Shown here: positions 1 through 9,694 of the stretch, piece after piece
Layout of the letters: the number at the start of each line of letters is the position of its first letter
How positions within the stretch are numbered: the first letter of the stretch is position 1
Assembly (NCBI GenBank): GCA_016432405.1
Contig: CP066687.1
Location: 219,040 to 283,039, forward strand
Direction of reading: 5' to 3'
DNA: 64,000 nt
DNA from: Candidatus Giovannonibacteria bacterium
GTDB lineage: Bacteria > Patescibacteriota > Minisyncoccia > UBA11713 > 2-01-FULL-45-33
Program-made: the position numbers and the translations under genes
The notes under the pieces: model-generated
The model's database searches: none
The model's input: the letters and a program-made list of their open reading frames with translations, nothing else
What the model was told of the DNA's origin: nothing

Positions 1-334
1 TTTCAATGTGTTCCAAAACGTCCAGCAGGGTTACGATGTTATATTGTTCGTGCAGGTGGATTTTGGGGAATTCGCCTTTAATTAACGTAAAGTCCGGGTT
101 TAGCTTTTTTGCGAGATCGGCGGCGACATCGGAAAAATCAAGCCCAAAAATGTTTTTTGAGAAATTGCCAAGGAGGGCGGCGTTAAAACCCGTGCCGCAG
201 CCGATGTCCAGTGCCCTCTCAACTTTTTGGGCGCAGAACAATCGCAGGCATTCGGAGATAATCTTGCGGCGGCCGCGAAACCACCAATGGTCCTTTTCCG
301 TGTTATAAAGTTCTATGTATTGGGCTCTTTCCAT
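1..334 (-). CDS. Class I SAM-dependent methyltransferase. The N-terminus is present; the gene runs off the 5' window edge.
   Basis: Minus-strand translation reads MERAQYIELYNTEKDHWWFRGRRKII...LDIGCGTGFN...; motif I is GCGTG. The minus-strand ATG sits at 334-332. The ORF track missed this gene because it has no stop within the window. Confidence 0.7.
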   Translation of the reverse strand, partial: MERAQYIELYNTEKDHWWFRGRRKIISECLRLFCAQKVERALDIGCGTGFNAALLGNFSKNIFGLDFSDVAADLAKKLNPDFTLIKGEFPKIHLHEQYNIVTLLDVLEHIE

Positions 335-360
335 GCTATAATTTTATTTTGTAAATTGTT

Positions 361-1083
361 ATGCAAAAAATTGATTTTTCCATAATAGTGCCGGTGTATA
401 ACGAAGAGAAGCGCATACCAAGAAGTATAAACCAGATTTTTAGTTTTTTTAATAGTTGCGGCGATGCGGTGGAGGTGATTTTTGTCAGCGACGGGTCTAC
501 CGACGACACGGAAAAGGTTCTGGAAAGTTATCAGGCGAAGCAGGGTTTTAAAATCATAAAATACGGCAAGAACCGCGGGAAGGGTTATGCTGTCCGACAA
601 GGCGTTTTGGCGGCCAGCGGGCGCTGGATAATTTTCTTTGACATTGACTTGGCAGTTCCCCTAAGCGAGTTCTCGCATTTTAAATCTTTCGTTGCGGACG
701 GCGATCAGGTAATTATCGGCAGCCGCCGGCTGATGGATTCGCGAATAAACAAGCGCGAGCATTGGCTGCGTGAATTTCTCGGCGCCGGATTCAGCGCGCT
801 GTCCCGCGTTTTTGTTCGCGAGGTCGCCGATTTTACATGCGGCTTTAAATGTTTTTCCAAACAGGCCGCTGAACAAATTTTCCCCATTGCGCGGATAAAC
901 AGATGGGCGTTTGACACGGAGCTTCTGTATATCGCCAAATTAAAACGCATGCCAATCCGCCAGATGCCGGTAGAATGGTCGCATGATGATGATTCCAGAG
1001 TAAGGGTTTGGAAAGATGCGCTGGTTTCCTTAAAAGAACTCGCGCAAATAAAAATTAACCAGTTAAAGGGACTCTACGCATGA
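361..1083 (+). CDS. GT2 family glycosyltransferase, polyprenol-phosphate hexose synthase-like (DPM1/GtrB/CsbB-like)
   Basis: N-terminus IIVPVYNEE, DGSTDDT, FFDIDL (a DxD motif); 240 aa; typical lipid-phosphate sugar synthase architecture. Confidence 0.75.
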   Translation: MQKIDFSIIVPVYNEEKRIPRSINQIFSFFNSCGDAVEVIFVSDGSTDDTEKVLESYQAKQGFKIIKYGKNRGKGYAVRQGVLAASGRWIIFFDIDLAVPLSEFSHFKSFVADGDQVIIGSRRLMDSRINKREHWLREFLGAGFSALSRVFVREVADFTCGFKCFSKQAAEQIFPIARINRWAFDTELLYIAKLKRMPIRQMPVEWSHDDDSRVRVWKDALVSLKELAQIKINQLKGLYA

Positions 1084-1745
1084 AAGCGATAATTTTAGCC
1101 GCGGGCAGAGGGAAAAGGATGAGACATTTAACGGACGATTTGCCGAAACCGCTTTTAAAGCTTGCCGGAAAAACGTTTTTAGACTACATATTTGATTCTT
1201 TCACGGAAGAAATAAACGAGGCCATCTTGGTAATCGGCTATATGGGCGAGAAAATAAAAGAATATTTGGGAGAAAATTATAAAGGGCGGAAAATTTATTA
1301 TGTTGTGCAGAGAGAGCTCTCCGGCACGGGCAATGCGGTGCTTCTTACAAAGCATTTATTCAAGGAAAAAGAGCGTTTTTTGATATTTTACGCGGACGAA
1401 CTGGTTTCAAAAGACGACGTGGAAAAATGTTTGGAAAATGAATTCGGATGGCTGTGCTGGGAAGTAGAAAACCCGAGAGCGTCCGGCATCGTTACGATCT
1501 CTCCGGGAGGATTTATCACGGAGATAATAGAAAAACCCCAAAACCCGAAGTCAAACTTGGGCGGCGGAGGGTTAATGCTTGTGAACGCCGATTTGTTTGG
1601 ATGCGCTCCCGACAAGCACGAGACCGGAGAATATTATTTAACGTCCATGATGAATAAATTTGTAAAAGATCATAAGGTAAAAGCAGTCGTGTCAAAAAAC
1701 CGGCCGTCTTTCACCTCCCCGGAAGACATTAATAGAGTTATATAG
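1080..1745 (+). CDS. Sugar-1-phosphate nucleotidyltransferase (HddC/RmlA-like short form)
   Basis: MKAIILAAGRGKRMRHLT...PKPLLK is the G-rich NTP_transferase signature; 221 aa; ATGA overlap with the upstream gene. Confidence 0.7.
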   Translation: MKAIILAAGRGKRMRHLTDDLPKPLLKLAGKTFLDYIFDSFTEEINEAILVIGYMGEKIKEYLGENYKGRKIYYVVQRELSGTGNAVLLTKHLFKEKERFLIFYADELVSKDDVEKCLENEFGWLCWEVENPRASGIVTISPGGFITEIIEKPQNPKSNLGGGGLMLVNADLFGCAPDKHETGEYYLTSMMNKFVKDHKVKAVVSKNRPSFTSPEDINRVI

Positions 1746-1748
1746 CTT

Positions 1749-2432
1749 ATGAAAATGATTTCGGTAGTAGTCCCGGTTTATAACGAAGAGCATACAATAA
1801 GCGAGCTTCACGAACGTCTTGTGAAAACGCTGGCGGCCTGTTGTGATTCTTACGAGATTGTTTTTGTCAATGACGGCTCAACCGATAACACGGAAAAAAC
1901 AGCGCTGACTTTGAAGCCGCTTGAATTGATTTCTTTTGCAAAAAATCAAGGGCAGACCCCGGCGCTGAATGCCGGAATACGCAAAGCGAAAGGCGACATC
2001 ATTGTGTTTTTGGACGCTGATTTGCAGAACAACCCCGAGGACATCCCGAAACTTTTGGAAAAAATTTCGCAGGGTTGCGGCGCGGTGGTGGGTCGGCGCG
2101 AGCATCGGCAGGACCCTGCCGCTCGCACCATATTTTCCAAAGTGGCAAATTTTATCGCCCGTTTGCTTTTGGGCGTAAAAGTCCATGATTTCGGCTGCGG
2201 GCTTAAAGCATATCGCGCGGAATTTATCAAAAACTTTGAGCTTTGGGGGCAGGTGCAGGTTTTTTTGCCGGCAATTGCCAAGGCGCGCGGGGCGAAGGTC
2301 TGTGAAGTCGGCGTTGCGCATAACGACAGAAAAGCCGGGGTCTCCAAAATAAAAATTTCCAATATGGTAAAAGGCGGCCTGGGCCTTTTAAAAATCGCTT
2401 TTATTGCTAGATTTTTAAATCCTTACAGGTAA
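1749..2432 (+). CDS. GT2 family glycosyltransferase (second polyprenol-phosphate sugar synthase-like)
   Basis: VVVPVYNEE, NDGSTDNT, LDADLQN motifs; 227 aa. Confidence 0.7.
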   Translation: MKMISVVVPVYNEEHTISELHERLVKTLAACCDSYEIVFVNDGSTDNTEKTALTLKPLELISFAKNQGQTPALNAGIRKAKGDIIVFLDADLQNNPEDIPKLLEKISQGCGAVVGRREHRQDPAARTIFSKVANFIARLLLGVKVHDFGCGLKAYRAEFIKNFELWGQVQVFLPAIAKARGAKVCEVGVAHNDRKAGVSKIKISNMVKGGLGLLKIAFIARFLNPYR

Positions 2433-2439
2433 TCCGCTT

Positions 2440-4383
2440 ATGAAACAGCGTCCAAAAATTTTATTAATCGGCGCGGGGAGATTCGGCAAAAATCATTTAA
2501 GAGTACTGCGATTATTAGAAAAGCGCGGCAAATTGGCTTTGGCCGGAGTTGCCGTAAAGAGCAAGGCGTCGGAAAAATTCGTCAAAAGAGAATACGGCGT
2601 GCCGGTTTTTAAAAAAATAACCCCGGCGCTTCTTAGTTCCGTGGATGCCGTTGATATCGTAACGCCGCCCCATACGCATTTCGCTCTGGCCAAGCAATGT
2701 CTGCGTTATACGAATGTGTTTATTGAAAAGCCGTTGGCTGAAAAAACAAGCGACGCGGAGCGTCTCAATAATCTCGCGCGGAGCAAGGGGCGGGTTTTGA
2801 TGGTTGGGCATATTTATCGCTACCACCCGCTTGCGCAAAAACTGAAATCAATGTTGCCGAAATTGAAAAATCTGGAAAAAATAGGCGGCGCGTTTATCAG
2901 CCCCATCGCGACTTACAGGGGCCAAGACCCGCTTCTGGAAGAGCTTCATTGGTTTGATGTTCTGGACTATTTATTCGGCAAAAAGCCGGACGCGGTTTGG
3001 AGCGGGGGCACAAAATATTTGCGGGACGTTTATTTGCGCTATCCGGGCGGCGCTGATGCACATTTGAAAATTGGCTGGGAGAACGGCCAAAAAATCAGGG
3101 CGCTGAATTTCGTTACGAAAGGAGGCAAAAAAATAGTTTGCGATTTTGAGCGCCCGGCGGCCGCAGAACCGCTGAAAAAAGAGCTTGAGGCGTTTATCGG
3201 CGCTCTTTGCGGACAAAAAAACGCTTACCCGAATGGCGAGGTTGGGGCCAGGATTGTTGAGATAGCCGAGCGGGCGAAGAGGCATTCCCCGCCAAAAACG
3301 CCGCGCGTCGCGGTCATAGGCGGAGGGATTTTCGGCGCGACCGCCGCGCTTGTTTTGGGCAGACATTTCCCGGTAGTTTTATTTGAAAAAAATCCGGATA
3401 TTTTCGGTGAAGCAACGCTGGCCAATCAATACAGGCATCACTATGGGTATCATTATCCGCGGAGCCCCGAAACCATAAAAGAGGTTCAGGAAGCGAGGCG
3501 CGATTTTGAATCGGTTTATCGCGAGGCGGTATCCTCCGGATTCCCAAGTTATTATTGCGTTTCCCGAAAAGGGTCGCTGGTTTCCGCGAAACAATTTTTG
3601 GAAGTTTGCAAAAAAAATAACCTGCCTGTCAAAATCGCGTATCCGCCGGACATATTTTTAAACCGCAATACGGTGAGCGTTTCCATCCGGACGCCGGAGG
3701 CAGTGTATGATTATAAGAAATTAAAGGGCTTGGTCTGGCGGACACTTCGCCAAAATCCGAATATTAAAGTCAAGCTCAACTCGGAGATTGTATCCGCACG
3801 GCTGAACAATGCCGGGAAGAAAATCTTGGTTATCAAAGCCAAAAGCGGCGCAAAAGGCCCGGAAGAATTTGACTATGTGATTAACGCCACTTACGCCCGA
3901 TACAATAATTTTTGCGGCTGGCTCGGCTTCCCTCTGAAAAATTTGAATTTCCGGCTGAAGGAACTGGCCGTTGTGCGCCTCAAAACGCAGGAGAAGTGCG
4001 CTGTCACCATTATGGACGGGCCTTTCGCTACAATTGTGCCGATGGATGGCCGCAGCGATTTATACACTTTGGGGGACGTGCCGCTCTCCGTCCACAAAAA
4101 TTACAATAATTTAAAAGGCCTTTCTTTGGATAAAATCCGCAAACTTCCGGCATCGCGCTGGGAGAAAATGAAGAAAAGATGCTCCGAATGGTTCCCGGCG
4201 CTAAAAAACAGCGAGTACATTAAATCAATGTTCGTTATTTTGCCGACAGAGCCCGCTTCCGCCGGAACAGACGCGCGCCCGACCGTCGTCGCTTCCCACG
4301 GGTTCGGCTGCTTCTCAATCTTCAGCGGCAAAATTATAACCGCTGTTTCCGCCGCCAAACAAATCCTGCGGGAGTTGCAATGA
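2440..4383 (+). CDS. Two-domain oxidoreductase: N-terminal Gfo/Idh/MocA NAD(P)-binding domain fused to a C-terminal FAD-dependent oxidoreductase domain
   Basis: N-terminus ILLIGAGRFGKNHL...FIEKPLA (the Gfo/Idh/MocA EKP motif). A second Rossmann motif RVAVIGGGIFGATAALVLG lies at about residue 290 and is DAO/FAD-like. 647 aa. Confidence 0.55.
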   Translation: MKQRPKILLIGAGRFGKNHLRVLRLLEKRGKLALAGVAVKSKASEKFVKREYGVPVFKKITPALLSSVDAVDIVTPPHTHFALAKQCLRYTNVFIEKPLAEKTSDAERLNNLARSKGRVLMVGHIYRYHPLAQKLKSMLPKLKNLEKIGGAFISPIATYRGQDPLLEELHWFDVLDYLFGKKPDAVWSGGTKYLRDVYLRYPGGADAHLKIGWENGQKIRALNFVTKGGKKIVCDFERPAAAEPLKKELEAFIGALCGQKNAYPNGEVGARIVEIAERAKRHSPPKTPRVAVIGGGIFGATAALVLGRHFPVVLFEKNPDIFGEATLANQYRHHYGYHYPRSPETIKEVQEARRDFESVYREAVSSGFPSYYCVSRKGSLVSAKQFLEVCKKNNLPVKIAYPPDIFLNRNTVSVSIRTPEAVYDYKKLKGLVWRTLRQNPNIKVKLNSEIVSARLNNAGKKILVIKAKSGAKGPEEFDYVINATYARYNNFCGWLGFPLKNLNFRLKELAVVRLKTQEKCAVTIMDGPFATIVPMDGRSDLYTLGDVPLSVHKNYNNLKGLSLDKIRKLPASRWEKMKKRCSEWFPALKNSEYIKSMFVILPTEPASAGTDARPTVVASHGFGCFSIFSGKIITAVSAAKQILRELQ

Positions 4384-4411
4384 CGGAAATTTTATAGTTG
4401 TATATATTAAT

Positions 4412-5398
4412 ATGCAATCGTCAATAATATTGAGCAGAGTGCCGTTTCGGCTGCCATTGGGCGGAGGGTCTACGGATATGCCCTCGTATTATAAAAAATA
4501 CGGGGGGTTTATATTTACCGCCGCAATCAATATGTATATGGACGTCTTGATTAAAGCGACCCGTTCGGACGATCTTATCCACGTGCATTACAAATCTTTT
4601 GAAGCCGTGCCTTCGGTTGGAGAAATCCGCCATGAGCTGGCCAGAGAGGCGCTGAAGATGACCGGCCACGAAAAAGGCATAGCCATTTCTTTTAAGGCGG
4701 ATACGCCCGCCGGCACCGGCCTTGGCTCCTCCGGCGCGTGCTCCGTGGCTTTGCTTAAAGGGCTGTCGGCTTACAACGGAAACGAGATGCCGAGCGAAGA
4801 AGCCGCCGAAAAATCATTTGAGATAACCCAGTCCCTTGGGCTTCACGACGGCAAACAGGACCCATACGCCTGCGCCCTTGGCGGCTTTTCCGTTTTGGAT
4901 ATTGATACCGACGGCAAAGTAAATGTTACAAAACCGGTTTTCGCCAAGGAGACAGTAGATAAATTTTTAAATAATACCCTGCTTTTTTACACCGGCGTCA
5001 GCCGGGAGAGCGACCCGATATTGGCCGCGCAGGATAAAGAAAAAGTTCTGGAGTTGAAACACAAAACCAAAGCGATTGGCCTCGAGGTTTATAAAGCGTT
5101 TCAGAACGGAGATTTAGACCGCTTTGGCTCTTTGATGGACGAGCATTGGCGGGTCAAAAAATCAATGTCTTCGCAAATGGCCAACCGGCGGTTTGACGAA
5201 ATTTACGAAGCGGCGAAAAACGCCGGCGCTTTGGGCGGCAAAATTCTGGGAGCCGGCGGCGGCGGATACTTTTTATTTTACTGCCCGTCGCAAAAATCCA
5301 AAGAGTCCGTGCGCGCCGCGCTAAGCGGCTACGGGCTGCGGGAGATGGATTTTAGCATTGACTATAAAGGCGCTCGCGTCCGGAGAGTTAATTTTTAA
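4412..5398 (+). CDS. hddA: GHMP family sugar kinase, D-glycero-alpha-D-manno-heptose-7-phosphate kinase-like
   Basis: PAGTGLGSSGACSVALL is the GHMP motif II; 328 aa; the genomic context contains gmhA, gmhB and a transaldolase. Confidence 0.6.
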   Translation: MQSSIILSRVPFRLPLGGGSTDMPSYYKKYGGFIFTAAINMYMDVLIKATRSDDLIHVHYKSFEAVPSVGEIRHELAREALKMTGHEKGIAISFKADTPAGTGLGSSGACSVALLKGLSAYNGNEMPSEEAAEKSFEITQSLGLHDGKQDPYACALGGFSVLDIDTDGKVNVTKPVFAKETVDKFLNNTLLFYTGVSRESDPILAAQDKEKVLELKHKTKAIGLEVYKAFQNGDLDRFGSLMDEHWRVKKSMSSQMANRRFDEIYEAAKNAGALGGKILGAGGGGYFLFYCPSQKSKESVRAALSGYGLREMDFSIDYKGARVRRVNF

Positions 5399-5399
5399 A

Positions 5400-7139
5400 A
5401 TGTCCGGATTTTTAAAAGAGCACAGGTTTATACTGATTTCCGCGATTTTTTTGGCGCTTGCGGTTATCTCGCCTACACTGCTGTTCCCGCTCCTCGCCGG
5501 CGATTCGTATAAGGGCATCAATCTTGGCGAATGGGACGACGACGCGGCATATATTGCCAAAGGCAGGGAAATTCTTGAAAGCCATTCTTTGGGCAATATT
5601 TTTCTTAAAATCGGCAAAAACGATTCGTCTGACCCTCACCAGGTTTACATAGAATATCTTCTTCTCGCGCCGGTTAGAATGCTGGGGCTTTCCAGCGTAG
5701 CGAAAAGTCATATCGTGGCGCTTTACGGCTTTTATGCTTTTTTGGGCGTTGCTTTGTTGATTTTATTCATTTATTTTTTTGTTCTTAACTTATCCGGCAA
5801 TAAATTGCTTTCAGCCGCAGCCGCATTGTTCGCAGTCGGCGGCCACGAGTTAGTAAAGCTGTACCACCTTCCGGTTACCGCCGTCGCCTACAATTTCAAC
5901 ATATTTTCCCGGCCGATTATGCCCGTTTACGGGCTTCTTGCGCTTTTTATTTACATAAATTTACTGGCAAAAAGTTTGCGTGAATCGGGATGGAGGTGCG
6001 TTTTTTGGGCAGGAATTTCTTTCGGCGCGTTGTTTTACGTTTACCCCTACACATGGACTTTCGCCCTGGCGCTGACAGGGAGCTTGTTTCTGATTTATCT
6101 TTTTTTGAGGGATTGGGGGCAGGCCAAAAAAGTTTTTTACATTTCGGCGATCGGTTTTGCTGTTGGATCTTACGCGCTCGTTTTATTTTTATCGTTTATT
6201 TCTTCGGAAATTGGCAAACAAATCGCCGGCTTTACAACGTTTATTTCCCACGCCCCCGCGCCTTTCAGCAAGCTCTCTTTTTTGATTTTGATTATGGCAA
6301 TTATTTACGCCTATAAAAATCGCGATAAAAAAGACTACCCGATTCTTTTGGCGATTATTCTAGCCAGCTGGATAACCCTAAATCAGCAGGTAATTACCGG
6401 GCGCGATCCGCAAGGAGTTGATCATTACTTTTGGTACTTTACCATTCCTACTTCCATTGTGGCGGGGTCTTATGTTTCGTGGGCGCTTGTGTGGGGCTGG
6501 GAGCGCGGGAAATTAATATTGCAAAAATACGGAAGCGCTTTGCTTGGCATTGTAATCATCGTTGCTTTTTTAAATACCGCGGGACAGCAATACGCAAGGA
6601 CGATTGTGATGATGGGCACCAAAGAATACGCCCAGAGTTACCGTCCGATTATTGACACGCTGAATCGCGATCCGAAACCGGGAGTTATTTTAAGTTCAGA
6701 GCTTTTCTACGGAGAGTTTTTCCCAGTATACACCGACCACGATTTATTTTGGGCCATGCACGCATTCAATTTCGCTACCCCGATAGAAAGAATGAAAGAC
6801 GCGCTTTATTTGTACGCGTATTTAGATAAAGAGGCCAGAGGCGATTTTGCCGGCGCGCTTTATAAGATAGACGCCGGCGGAGTTAAAAAAGCGTATGGGC
6901 GCCATTACTCATCAATCTATACTGCTTTAAGCAGAGAGAAAACCATAGATTTGCTTTCCGGCGAATACAAAAAAATAGTTGATAATCCCGAAGGAATCAT
7001 TAACATTTTAAAGAAAGCCGAAGTCAATTATATCGTCTGGGACAAGAATACAAACCCGGAGTGGGACCTTTCCCCGCTTGCTAATAATCTTCAAGAAATT
7101 GCCGCGTCAAACAATATTTATTTATATGCGTTGAAATAA
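5400..7139 (+). CDS. Large polytopic membrane protein, putative GT-C-type glycosyltransferase (paralogue 1 of 3)
   Basis: About 11 predicted TM helices, an acidic first-loop motif GEWDDDAAY, and a C-terminal soluble domain of about 200 aa. It is paralogous to 7144..8967 and 19786..21522. I moved the start to the ATG at 5400, just after the upstream stop. Confidence 0.5.
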   Translation: MSGFLKEHRFILISAIFLALAVISPTLLFPLLAGDSYKGINLGEWDDDAAYIAKGREILESHSLGNIFLKIGKNDSSDPHQVYIEYLLLAPVRMLGLSSVAKSHIVALYGFYAFLGVALLILFIYFFVLNLSGNKLLSAAAALFAVGGHELVKLYHLPVTAVAYNFNIFSRPIMPVYGLLALFIYINLLAKSLRESGWRCVFWAGISFGALFYVYPYTWTFALALTGSLFLIYLFLRDWGQAKKVFYISAIGFAVGSYALVLFLSFISSEIGKQIAGFTTFISHAPAPFSKLSFLILIMAIIYAYKNRDKKDYPILLAIILASWITLNQQVITGRDPQGVDHYFWYFTIPTSIVAGSYVSWALVWGWERGKLILQKYGSALLGIVIIVAFLNTAGQQYARTIVMMGTKEYAQSYRPIIDTLNRDPKPGVILSSELFYGEFFPVYTDHDLFWAMHAFNFATPIERMKDALYLYAYLDKEARGDFAGALYKIDAGGVKKAYGRHYSSIYTALSREKTIDLLSGEYKKIVDNPEGIINILKKAEVNYIVWDKNTNPEWDLSPLANNLQEIAASNNIYLYALK

Positions 7140-7143
7140 ATAC

Positions 7144-8967
7144 ATGTCTAATTTTTTTACCGAACATAAATTTATATTGATTTCCGCAGTCGGTTTGGCG
7201 CTTTTGGTGATATCGCCGGCCCTGCTTTTCCCGTTTATGGCCGGCGATGCGTATAAGGGCATAAATGTTGGTGAGTGGTCGGACGACTTCCATTATATCG
7301 CCAAAGGCAGAGAGATTCTGGAAGGCCATTCTTTGGGCAATATTGTTCTTAAAATCGGCAAAAACGATTCGTCCGACCCGCACCAGGTTTATATAGAATA
7401 TCTTCTTCTCGCGCCGGTTAGAATGCTGGGGCTTTCCCGCGCGGCGGCAGATTATATTGTTCCTATATACACTCTTTACGCTTTTTTGGGAGTTTTCCTT
7501 TTAATCCTCTCCATTTATTTTTTCATCCTGCGCCTCTCCGCGCATAAATTATTGTCCGCGGCGATAGCGCTATTTACAATAGGCGGCTACAGTTTGGTGA
7601 AGCTTTACCATGTGCCGATTACTGCAACCAATCCGGACCCCAACATATTCAGCCGGCCGATTATGCCCGTTTACGGGCTTCTGGCGCTTTTTATTTACAT
7701 CAATTTGCTTGCGAGAAGTTTAAAATCATCGGAGAAAAAACATATTCTTTGGTCCGGCATTGCCTTCGGAGCGCTGTTTTACGTTTACCCCTACACATGG
7801 ACTTTTGCCCTGGCGCTGACAGGGAGCTTGTTTCTGATTTATATTTTTTTGAGGGATTGGGAATCAGCGAAAAAAGTTTTTTGGGTTTTTACAATCGGGC
7901 TTGCCGTTGGCGCTTACACTCTTTTTAAAACGTTTTCATTTCAGTATTCGGAAATCGGCAAACAAATTTTATATTACGGGATTACTTTAAACCATAGTCC
8001 GGCGCCTTTCAGCAAGATTTTATTTTTGGCGTTAATTTTGGCAGTTATCTTTGCGTGCCGAAATAAATGGAGCAGGAACGCCCCCTTGCTTTTGTCTATT
8101 GTTCTCGCAAATTGGATAGCTTTGAACCAGCAGGTAATTACCGGGCGAGTCCCGCAAATAATGCACTATTTTTGGTATTTTACGATACCGACTTCTATCG
8201 TCGTTGGGGCTTACCTTGGATGGGCGCTTGTGTGGGGCTGGGAGCGCGGGAAATTAATATTGCAAAAATACGGAACCATTTTTTTGGCGGCGCTAATTAT
8301 CACCGCTTATTTTAATGCGGCTTCGCGGCAGTATCAGGTGACGCTGATTACGCGGGAGGCCAAAGAATACAGGCAGAACTACCGCCCTATTATTGACGCG
8401 TTGAAGTCGGATGCCGAACCGGGAGTTATCCTCGCGTCATCCCTGCCTTACGCAATGTTATTTCCGGTGTACACGCATCATGATTTATTTTGGGGGCATG
8501 CTACTGCTTTGGTTTACAATACGCCGATGGAAAGAATTAAAGATGCGCTGTACGTGTATATGTATTTGGATAAGAGCGCCAGAGACAATTTTTTGGGCCG
8601 GCTTCGCGATGTAGATGCCGGATACGGAGTTGGAGGCGAATGGGGAACCAGTTTTTACCCGCTTATTTATTTTTTTGTGGCCGGTTTTAATTCCGGTTTT
8701 GATTACGAGGAATATGGTTTTCGTTTGGCCAAGGGCGACCCGGCGACGGTTAAAAGCAGAGACGAAACGTCGGCCTTACTTTTCCGCGGATATCAAAAAG
8801 TAGCCAGTCCGGAAGGCATTGCAGGCATTCTGAAAAAAGGCGAGGTCAATTACGTCGTTTGGGATAAAAACAAAAATCCGGAGTGGAATTTGTCGCCCCT
8901 TTCCGGAAATTTAAGAGAGGTTGCCGCGTCTAACAATATTTATTTGTACAAATTTGGCGGTGACTGA
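7144..8967 (+). CDS. Large polytopic membrane protein, putative GT-C-type glycosyltransferase (paralogue 2, tandem to paralogue 1)
   Basis: Same architecture as paralogue 1. It shares several 55-80 nt stretches of nucleotide identity with it, for example 6479-6533 matches 8221-8275. Confidence 0.5.
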   Translation: MSNFFTEHKFILISAVGLALLVISPALLFPFMAGDAYKGINVGEWSDDFHYIAKGREILEGHSLGNIVLKIGKNDSSDPHQVYIEYLLLAPVRMLGLSRAAADYIVPIYTLYAFLGVFLLILSIYFFILRLSAHKLLSAAIALFTIGGYSLVKLYHVPITATNPDPNIFSRPIMPVYGLLALFIYINLLARSLKSSEKKHILWSGIAFGALFYVYPYTWTFALALTGSLFLIYIFLRDWESAKKVFWVFTIGLAVGAYTLFKTFSFQYSEIGKQILYYGITLNHSPAPFSKILFLALILAVIFACRNKWSRNAPLLLSIVLANWIALNQQVITGRVPQIMHYFWYFTIPTSIVVGAYLGWALVWGWERGKLILQKYGTIFLAALIITAYFNAASRQYQVTLITREAKEYRQNYRPIIDALKSDAEPGVILASSLPYAMLFPVYTHHDLFWGHATALVYNTPMERIKDALYVYMYLDKSARDNFLGRLRDVDAGYGVGGEWGTSFYPLIYFFVAGFNSGFDYEEYGFRLAKGDPATVKSRDETSALLFRGYQKVASPEGIAGILKKGEVNYVVWDKNKNPEWNLSPLSGNLREVAASNNIYLYKFGGD

Positions 8968-8997
8968 TAAGCGCGGCGGAGGTTGTATAATAAAGCC

Positions 8998-9618
8998 ATG
9001 CAGCAGAGCGACCATATAGAAACGTATTTAAACGAAGTTGTAGAGATTACAAAACGCATAGACCGTGGCTCTATACGCAAAATCGTCGGGATCTTGCGGG
9101 ATTTAAGAAATAAAAAAGGGCGCCTGTTTATTATCGGCGTCGGCGGTTCGGCGGCAAACGCCTCGCATGCTGTTAATGATTTCCGAAAAATTGCCCATAT
9201 TCAATCTTACGCTCCAACGGATAACGTCGCCGAGCTTACCGCTAGAGTAAACGATGACGGCTGGGATTCTGTTTTCGCGCGCTGGCTAGAGCATAATCAC
9301 ATAACGCCCAATGACGCAGTTTTGGTTTTGTCAGTTGGCGGAGGCAACGCTGAAAAAAACATAAGCGCAAATATTGTACATGCGCTGAATCACGCCAAAG
9401 AGCGCGGCGCAAAAATATTGGGCATTGTGAGCCGCGACGGCGGGTATACAGCTAAAGTCGCCGATGCCTGTGTTTTGGTGCCGGTTGTGAATCCGGACAA
9501 CGTGACGGCGCACGCGGAAGCATGGCAGGCGGTGCTGTGGCACGCGATTGTTTTTCATCCTGAATTAAAAATGACTGAAGGAAAATGGGAAAGCATAGAA
9601 AAACCGATGTTGTCTTAG
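8998..9618 (+). CDS. gmhA: SIS-domain sedoheptulose-7-phosphate isomerase
   Basis: LFIIGVGGSAANASHAVNDF...LVLSVGGGN...GAKILGIV is the phosphoheptose isomerase signature. GGAGG lies upstream. The ORF track starts at a TTG at 8983; I prefer the ATG at 8998. Confidence 0.75.
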   Translation: MQQSDHIETYLNEVVEITKRIDRGSIRKIVGILRDLRNKKGRLFIIGVGGSAANASHAVNDFRKIAHIQSYAPTDNVAELTARVNDDGWDSVFARWLEHNHITPNDAVLVLSVGGGNAEKNISANIVHALNHAKERGAKILGIVSRDGGYTAKVADACVLVPVVNPDNVTAHAEAWQAVLWHAIVFHPELKMTEGKWESIEKPMLS

Positions 9619-9633
9619 AGACAACAATTTTTC

Positions 9634-9662
9634 TTGACTAATATTAAAGGATTTGCTAGCAT
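9634..9662 (+). promoter_or_regulatory. Candidate sigma70-like promoter upstream of the P-loop kinase / gmhB / tal genes
   Basis: TTGACT, a 17-nt spacer, then TGcTAGCAT (extended -10-like) in a 76-bp intergenic gap. Confidence 0.3.
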
Positions 9663-9694
9663 AGCGGCTAGAAAATAAAACCCGGAGGTGACTC

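Noticed and set aside
6-308. 100-aa plus-strand ORF at the window start
   Set aside because: It lies antisense to a well-supported methyltransferase coding sequence (HWWF, GCGTG motifs) on the minus strand. It has a low-complexity composition and no motif.
5358-5399. Upstream extension of the first GT-C paralogue ORF
   Set aside because: It overlaps the HddA-like kinase 3' end. The ATG at 5400 lies immediately after the kinase stop and aligns with the N-termini of the paralogues (xxFxxEHKFILISA).
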